A stretch of DNA of 64,000 nucleotides from Microthyrium microscopicum. Its lineage: Eukaryota. A model generated the notes under the pieces. It was not told where the DNA came from, searched no databases, and saw only the letters and a list, made by a program, of their open reading frames with translations. The DNA is taken from NCBI GenBank assembly GCA_010405405.1, contig MU004246.1, positions 310,001 to 374,000 of the forward strand, in the 5' to 3' direction. The translations under genes and the position numbers were made by a program. Positions 57,819-64,000 of this stretch are shown here, one piece after another (the first letter of the stretch is position 1; each line of letters opens with the position of its first letter).

Positions 57819-58305
57819 ATGGCGCCTACTCCGACCTCAGATGAGGAATTTCAGGTCCTCGATGCTGCCTTAACCAGACTGAACACCTACTCAAAACTTT
57901 TATATCCAGAAAGCGATATCGCCAAACTCACAAACGACATCCATAGCATAAGGTTCATGGTGACCGTATGCATGGTTGCCATCGTATGCCTAGCTTTAAT
58001 ACTTCTCGGTTTTGTATGTAGCATATTTGAGGTAAATATAAGGCTCTCCTTAAGGCTTACATGATGATATCGTCAACTAATCGAGTCGAAATATAGCCTG
58101 GTGATGATCATCAGTCTCGAATGAGACCTTATTATGCAGACAAGCTTGCAAAGCACTCTTCACAGGTAGTAGGCATCGGACGTATTCGAACTTTCGTCTC
58201 ACTAAACCCTTTCAGATGAACGATCAGCCAAAAGAGCTGGAGAACAACGGTCAGCCGCCGACTTATTCGAATGCTGTATGCCATACGGCTCCAAAACAAG
58301 ATTGA
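57819..58305 (+). CDS. Small single-pass membrane protein with PPxY motif (trio member 1)
   Basis: Exons 57819-58031, 58097-58165, 58216-58305. MAPTPTSDEEFQVLDAALTRLNTYSKLL, one TM, C-terminal QPPTYSNAV. Confidence 0.75.
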
Positions 58306-58363
58306 AGTCAAATCACTGGCTAGTGGCCAGCCAGACAAAAGGGCAGATATCCTTGTGGGATAT

Positions 58364-58575
58364 CAACTAAAGGACAAAATGACCGGCGTGCCCCCATCGA
58401 CTTTAAGGCTCCCATCTGCCACGCTTTGTTATCGAGTGCTTTATCACGCAAGGACTACGTTTATTCCACCACTATCAAATAATTGTGATGGGAATTATAG
58501 TATTTGCTGTTTAGAAGCGTTGGTAAGAGCCATTGGAGTTGATTAGGTCATGCCAGTTAGTTTGTCCACCTGTTG
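58364..58575 (+). mobile_element. MITE-like element, copy 8 (212 bp)
   Basis: CAACTAAAGGACAAAATGACCGGCG...TGCCAGTTAGTTTGTCCACCTGTTG; reverse-orientation relative of copy 5; flanks GATAT/GACGT. Confidence 0.85.
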
Positions 58576-58935
58576 GACGTGAGAAGCGAATTTCAGCAAT
58601 TAGCTAGGACCGATACATACATCTCCTACAATCTTCTAAAGCCTTGGATCCAGTTTTCTACCTAAATATTCTCTTAGCTTAACATCTGTATCATCGCCAA
58701 GCGGTACAGAATCTAGAGTGGACCACAAGTTGGTCTTGAATGCACCCAAGGCACTAAATATAAAAGCATGTCCTCCACCGATTATATCTCATGCTGAATT
58801 CGAACAAAGTACTTGAACTGTCCCAATCAAAAATCCAGTCGCCCAAAAAGCACTCAATCATTTCATGTACCACGCTCAAATAGAGACGTCAACACTCCCA
58901 CATACCACACGAACAGAGCCAATACAATCGTTAAG

Positions 58936-59512
58936 ATGGCACCAACTCCAACCTCAGATTCAGACTTCCAGGCTCTCGACGCCGCCCTCGAGAAACTAAA
59001 CACCTACTCAAAGCTCCTACAACCAAACAATGCCTCCGTACCCCCCAATATGGCCGAGTTCGCCAAAAGTCTATTTGTCATAAAAGTCATCGCCATTATA
59101 TGTCTTGTTGGCATTATCATCATGTACTTCACGCAGTGTTGTGTGAGTGGTAGCCTAACTTCGGTACGGATCCAGTTCTTCTTTTATAATTGCTTTGGTC
59201 TTATATTGCTTTCGTATACTGATGTCTCAAACTATTAGGCCAAGAAAACGGCGAAGGAAGCGGCAAATGCAGCGAGGCAAGCGAAGGATGCATCGGAACG
59301 TGTAGAGAGGCAGATTAAAGCGCATCTGGCGAGTTTGAACAAGGCTGCGAATGTGTCTGACACAACAACAACAACGACAACTGCGCAGGTTAGTTTCTTT
59401 TGATGAGATGTAGTACTCTGGCTAATTTTCCATTTGCAAGACAAGCAGTGAGCCCAAAGATGTCAACAATGAGCCGCCAACGTACTCGAATGTTGTGCAG
59501 ACTGCCGATTAG
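58936..59512 (+). CDS. Small single-pass membrane protein with coiled coil and PPxY motif (trio member 2)
   Basis: Exons 58936-59163, 59239-59388, 59441-59512. MAPTPTSDSDFQALDAALEKLNTYSKLL, one TM, Ala/Lys/Glu helix, EPPTYSNVV. Confidence 0.78.
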
Positions 59513-59516
59513 CTAC

Positions 59517-59729
59517 CAACAGCTCCGCAAAAGGAATCGCACGCTCCCATCAGCCTCGTTGGCTCCCAGGTGCTACGCTATTTCATCGAATGCCTTATCT
59601 GCCATCCTTGCCGTCCAAAATCAAATGATTTATGGATTACAATGTGAGATATAGCACCTTTTCCTTAACAGCGTTGGTAGCAGCCATCAGAGTTGATGGG
59701 AGATCGCCATTTAATTTGCCATGCTGTTG
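59517..59729 (+). mobile_element. MITE-like element, copy 9 (213 bp)
   Basis: CAACAGCTCCGCAAAAGGAATCGCACGCTCCCATC...GATGGGAGATCGCCATTTAATTTGCCATGCTGTTG; flanks GCTAC/GCTGC; starts 4 nt after a stop codon. Confidence 0.85.
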
Positions 59730-60416
59730 GCTGCTATCACGATGAATGAGCTGAAGTTGGCAGGGGACCTAACAGCTGGGTTTTGATGCCAAGGCTGCTG
59801 GTAGAGATGTCGTGGAATGTATGGTACTCTAGCGTAATTAGGGAGCATTAGAAAGATCAAGATAGATCAGCTCTAGTGGTATTGCTATGGACTTGCAGAT
59901 TGTTAGTTTTATACACGCCACTGAACTCAAATTACTTCAACTCTTCCTCTGAAACTCTGACCGATATAAGCATCACAGTACCGGTAGTGGATAAAAAGCA
60001 GCATAGGTAATGAAGAATGCTATTTGCAGTCCGGTCAATTTACCTCTACCGTATGCCTCATGATCAACATGGCGACCTGGCTCGCCTACAAGGCTACAAC
60101 CATGCTTTGGTTGATCAAGAGTTTTAAATCTTGGCAAGTCCTTCGATGTGGGATCAATACCATGAACTAAGCTGCCAATATGTGGGCGACTATTGTTATT
60201 TGGCTCGAATGCATCACTATACCACAATACACAGCTTCGAGCAATGGATACTCCAGTTTTTAACAGCACGTGCGTTTTGACACTTTGCATTTGAAGCCAG
60301 AAAGCTCTGAATTTCGTTGACCATCAATCTGTGTAAATTGCAAGCTCCATACTCGTTCATCATCCCTCGACGCATGCCACAATCGCATTGTAAAGACCTA
60401 ATAACCAGGAACAACC

Positions 60417-60844
60417 ATGGCGCCTATCGCCATCGATCCAGCAACCACGACAATCGTGAAAGACGCCGTACAGAAAGTCGTGCACAGGACAGTCATGGTC
60501 ATTGATGCAGATTCACCCGTCAAACTACCGAAAGATATATATTGGGGGCTCGCCTTCATTTTCGTGCTACTTTTCGTTCTAGTCGTGATGGTAGGCTCAG
60601 GAAAAGAGAGCCCCAAAGAAGTAAGCTGAACTTGGCTATGTGTCCTAAATGCTTTTACTGACGACATGGCCAGAGAAAAGCAAGAATCGAATCAGACAAG
60701 ATCAAGTTGGAGGATGTTCGAGCAAATACTGCAGCACTCGAGGCCAACACGGCAGCACGAAAGGCTTATAAAGACACACCCAACATGCCTTCCAGTCTTC
60801 CTCCATGCTATTCCGCTGCACCATTTGGTACCTGCGTAGGTTAG
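60417..60844 (+). CDS. Small single-pass membrane protein with PPxY motif (trio member 3, divergent)
   Basis: Exons 60417-60620 and 60674-60844. MAP start, TM (IYWGLAFIFVLLFVLVVMV), intron after the TM, helical segment, LPPCYSAA. Confidence 0.65.
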
Positions 60845-61624
60845 GGACTGTGGATGGGAAACTTCATATTGGATTTTGGAGTAAACATATGTCAATTTTC
60901 AAATTAGGGAAGCTATACGCTGTCTTTGAGGTCACTCACATCGTCAAGTCCTGATGAATTGTATCTGGAAATAAAACAGCATAGCTTGTGGTAGGCTGGT
61001 TGGTATAAGGCTACTGGTGGTGGATATAAGGCTGGAAAAAGAAAATCTTACGCAATCAACCACTGTCCTATGTGGCAGCTATCGTAATAAAAGGATACTT
61101 CACCAAACGACTCACTTATTCTGTTCCTGGGTGGGTATGTAGTATCTCTTCTATAAGTCTTGCCCACCAATCATCCTGAAACTATGTTTCAATGTATTTG
61201 GTCGAGTTTTTGACCACTGATCAGTTACACCTTTGCGTTTTTGGCTTTACCAGACTTGGTGAGGAGCAGCCCGATAATCTAGGTTGGTCATATAGCCGAT
61301 CGGAAATGAGTTACCAGGTTCTTGGACAATAATGCGCTTTACTATATGCTTTATACATAAGACGAAGAGCCCTGCACCCTCACCCAGAATTGGGGCAATC
61401 TGCCCATCTGGTTCGCAGCCTGGGTACTGTAAATCGGTATTAGCAGTCGCCGAAATTATCCATCGGCTCTGAAAAAACTACCGCCGCCAATATAACAGTT
61501 CTCAGCCGACTTGTGATAAGGCGAGGCTATCCGTCTCAATTGTGGATGCTCAACAACGTGGCTTACTTTCTTTTATATCCCCACTCAAAACTCGACGAAC
61601 TTGCATACCTTTCGGAAATTCATC

Positions 61625-62413
61625 ATGAAGGTAGTCGGAGCAATTGTCCTTGCGACTGCCGTCAGCGCATTGCCACAAGGTTCATGGAATGTCGATACTT
61701 GTCCCGACAATATTCTAATTGTCGCCCGTGGGTCCATTGAACAAGGAAATACTGTAAGTACTGGGTTTGGGGATCGTCAACGGCTTGACAAGATAAGTGG
61801 CGTGCTCCCATCAACATCGTTGGCTGCCATTGTCGCTGATGGGAGTTTGTCAGTTGTTCGGTTCATTGGCTGACAATCGATTGCCCCCGGAGATAAAGTC
61901 ATTCTAACTGTCTCGTAGGGTACAGTCATCGGAGGTCCACTCTGCGCCGGTCTAAAGAAGAAATACGGTGCCAAATTTGGCTGCCAGGGAGTTGGCACAG
62001 CAGATGGATATCCAGCTGCAGTAGGCGACAACAGCAAGCCCAAAGGAACATGCGATGAATGTATCAGCGGAACAATTAAGATGTTCGGCAAAATGCACAC
62101 CAAATGTCCTAAGGCCAATTTGATGTTCATGGGATATAGCCAAGGCGGCGCGATCATGAGCTCAGCGATTCCTCAACTCGCTCCTGATGTCAAGTCAAAG
62201 GTTATTGGTGGAGTACTATTTGGATCGACTAGACAAACTATCTCTGGACTTACGAAAGACCAATTTGCTTCGTACTGCGGGAGCGAGGACAGCATTTGCA
62301 ATCGTGTGGCGAAAAGTGGATCGACGGGATCACATTTGGCCTACTCTAAGAATGGGGATGTTGAAAAAGCGGTTGCGTTTCTCAGTTCGAAGATTGATGC
62401 GGCTGGTAAATGA
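61625..62413 (+). CDS. Secreted cutinase (CE5)
   Basis: Exons 61625-61753 and 61919-62413. Signal peptide, C-x6-ARGSIEQGN, catalytic GYSQG, VLFG, C..EDSIC, HLAY. Confidence 0.92.
61778..61872. mobile_element. Internally deleted MITE-like element (copy 10, ~95 bp) inside the cutinase intron
   Basis: Left arm CAACGGCTTGACAAGATAAGTGGCGTGCTCCCATCAACATCGTTGGC fused directly to right arm GCCATTGTCGCTGATGGGAG...TGGCTG. Confidence 0.7.
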
Positions 62414-62469
62414 TCTCAGTCCGGTATAGACTTCGCCTAAAATATGAAACCCGAATGAACTTCTTAACC

Positions 62470-62653
62470 GAATCCCACCATAAATGGCTACTGTTGCATG
62501 CTTTTGTTAGATGATGCTATATTTTCCCATCCTTCCAAAGAACAACCATAATCTGATCGTCTTCAATGGCAATTTAAACCACCGATATCAGAGCATAGCA
62601 GATGGGCGACATCAAAGACGCTAGGAGCACGCCATTCATCCTGCCATCCGTTG
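62470..62653 (-). mobile_element. Degenerate MITE-like element (copy 11), tandem with copy 12
   Basis: AATGGCTAC...TATATTTTCCCATC internal motif and terminal GGAGCACGCCATTCATCCTGCCATCCGTTG; left end eroded. Confidence 0.55.
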
Positions 62654-62658
62654 AGGTC

Positions 62659-62869
62659 CAACCGATAGACAACATAATGGCGTACGGCCATCAGCTTCAA
62701 TGGCTCCCACGAACGCTACTGAACAAAAGATGCTAGTTTTCTATTGCGTTAGATAAACTGTGCCAATATCAACGCCCTTCATGGGAAATAACGTACTTGA
62801 TAGCAAAGCGTGTCATATGGGAGCCATCGAACTCGATGGGAGCACGCCAGTTATTTTGTCTACCGGTTG
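62659..62869 (-). mobile_element. MITE-like element, copy 12 (211 bp)
   Basis: CAACCGATAGACAACATAATGGCG...GATGGGAGCACGCCAGTTATTTTGTCTACCGGTTG; flanks AGGTC/AGGTT. Confidence 0.88.
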
Positions 62870-63068
62870 AGGTTCCTTAGAACATGATATTCTACCAAAC
62901 CGGTCTTTTGATCGTCTAATCCATATCCTGTAGCGGATATACTGTGATTAAATAATTGGCATTTATGCTGGGCAAGACCAGGCTGAACCTTTTGCTCAAA
63001 GTGTGCATTGTTAGACGACTAAAATATGTACAAATGATATGAAGGGGCTATGAAGACAATCTTGACTT

Positions 63069-64000
63069 CTAGTAAGCTACAACACTGCCAGAAATACCCA
63101 TCACCTCATCCAGCTCTCCCTTCTTATTCTTCATTCCTGGAAAGCGCTTGAAATCATAATTGGCGGCAATGTAAAGGGTATCACCCTTCTTCATGGGTCT
63201 TCCTTCCAAGAAATTGCAACCTTCTTGCTTTTTAATGTGATCGATATCGTCATTAGACTTCTCTCCGCCTTTAATTTGTCGCTTTCTCATACCACCCATT
63301 CCATGTCCGTCATGAGCATACGTTGGCGTCGAAGTGCAAATGAGTTTATCATTATGGAAGACTTGAAGATTGACGCCACCATCGTGCATATGACCTCCGG
63401 TGGCTAAAATCCAGCCATCACGAGGTGCTACCCAAGGAAGAGAGTGTTCGGAGAATACATCAAGCTTTGGTTGTTGAGCGAGAGTAAGATTGCTTGGTCC
63501 CCAGGGGCTCTTGACTGCGGCACCACCACATCGGATACCAATGGGCCCAATGGACATCCAAAGCATGCGACCATCTTTATAGTCCGGCTGGTGGCCATCC
63601 AAATACTCATATGAGATGGTGAGCCAGACCCACTGCTCCTTGTCTTGCATGTTCATAAGTTCAGTGGTCAAGACGAACGAGTCGTCTTTATGAATGCGGT
63701 ATCCGGATTTGATCTTCGCATTGGGTAGACTGTAACCGTTCATCGAGCGCTCATTACCGGACATGAACATATTGTCGATCTTGGAAGTTCCGCAGTTACC
63801 GTCCAAAACTTGCGGTCCGGTGTTCAACAAGACAGCGTGATGGAACCAAGCACCTTGTGAATTGCTGGCAGGTTTTCCGTCGGCGTATTCGATATCTCCA
63901 ACGAGTCCGAGTATAGTACACTCACCATCACAAGGTTTCTTAGCTCCGATTGCGAATGTGTCGGCCATACCCTTGATGTTCATGTATTCAGAAGCGAAGT
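63069..64000 (-). CDS. Uncharacterised protein with copper type II monooxygenase-like His/Met motifs (5' end outside window)
   Basis: Frame is open to the window edge. Motifs WFHHAVL, SGNER, GGHMHDGG, EVMG; paired Cys; internal dibasic RKR. Confidence 0.75.
   Translation of the reverse strand, partial: FASEYMNIKGMADTFAIGAKKPCDGECTILGLVGDIEYADGKPASNSQGAWFHHAVLLNTGPQVLDGNCGTSKIDNMFMSGNERSMNGYSLPNAKIKSGYRIHKDDSFVLTTELMNMQDKEQWVWLTISYEYLDGHQPDYKDGRMLWMSIGPIGIRCGGAAVKSPWGPSNLTLAQQPKLDVFSEHSLPWVAPRDGWILATGGHMHDGGVNLQVFHNDKLICTSTPTYAHDGHGMGGMRKRQIKGGEKSNDDIDHIKKQEGCNFLEGRPMKKGDTLYIAANYDFKRFPGMKNKKGELDEVMGISGSVVAY

Noticed and set aside
16922..62869. The 213-bp element as a solo LTR, an introner or a CRISPR-like repeat
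   Set aside because: Its ends are CAA...TTG with long TIRs rather than TG...CA. Intronic copies lie inside pre-existing introns and do not supply splice sites. Copies are dispersed, not arrayed with spacers.

Overview
Eukaryotic, intron-containing DNA from a filamentous ascomycete (GT..AG introns with CTRAC/CTAAT branch sites; the gene content suggests a Dothideomycete-type plant-associated fungus, but the species cannot be determined here). From left to right the window holds: two tandem orphan paralogs; a compact candidate cell-wall/extracellular polysaccharide cluster (UDP-glucose 6-dehydrogenase divergent from a secreted, probably GPI-anchored GH12 glucanase, then a processive cellulose-synthase-like GT2 and a type II membrane DxD glycosyltransferase-like gene); Pmp3; a gene-sparse 17-27 kb tract with three tandem small Cys-rich (aromatic-x-CC-x-C...C-x2/4-C...C-x1/2-C) zinc-ribbon-like genes sharing intron positions; small membrane-protein genes; TRA1; COG2; a TM-HET domain gene; a GGCT/AIG2-like gene; a divergent DUF2264 + MFS sugar transporter pair; catalase; three tandem single-pass PPxY membrane-protein genes; cutinase; and the 3' part of a copper-monooxygenase-like gene. 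Dispersed through the window are about 12 copies of an unannotated MITE-like element (CAA...TTG termini, ~45-bp imperfect TIRs, 5-6 bp TSDs). Its nine full-length copies are all 211-216 bp (six are exactly 213 bp) despite strong sequence divergence, and three copies sit inside introns. Gene models were spliced by hand. Family assignments rest on motif recognition, not database searches. No rRNA, tRNA or CRISPR array was seen.
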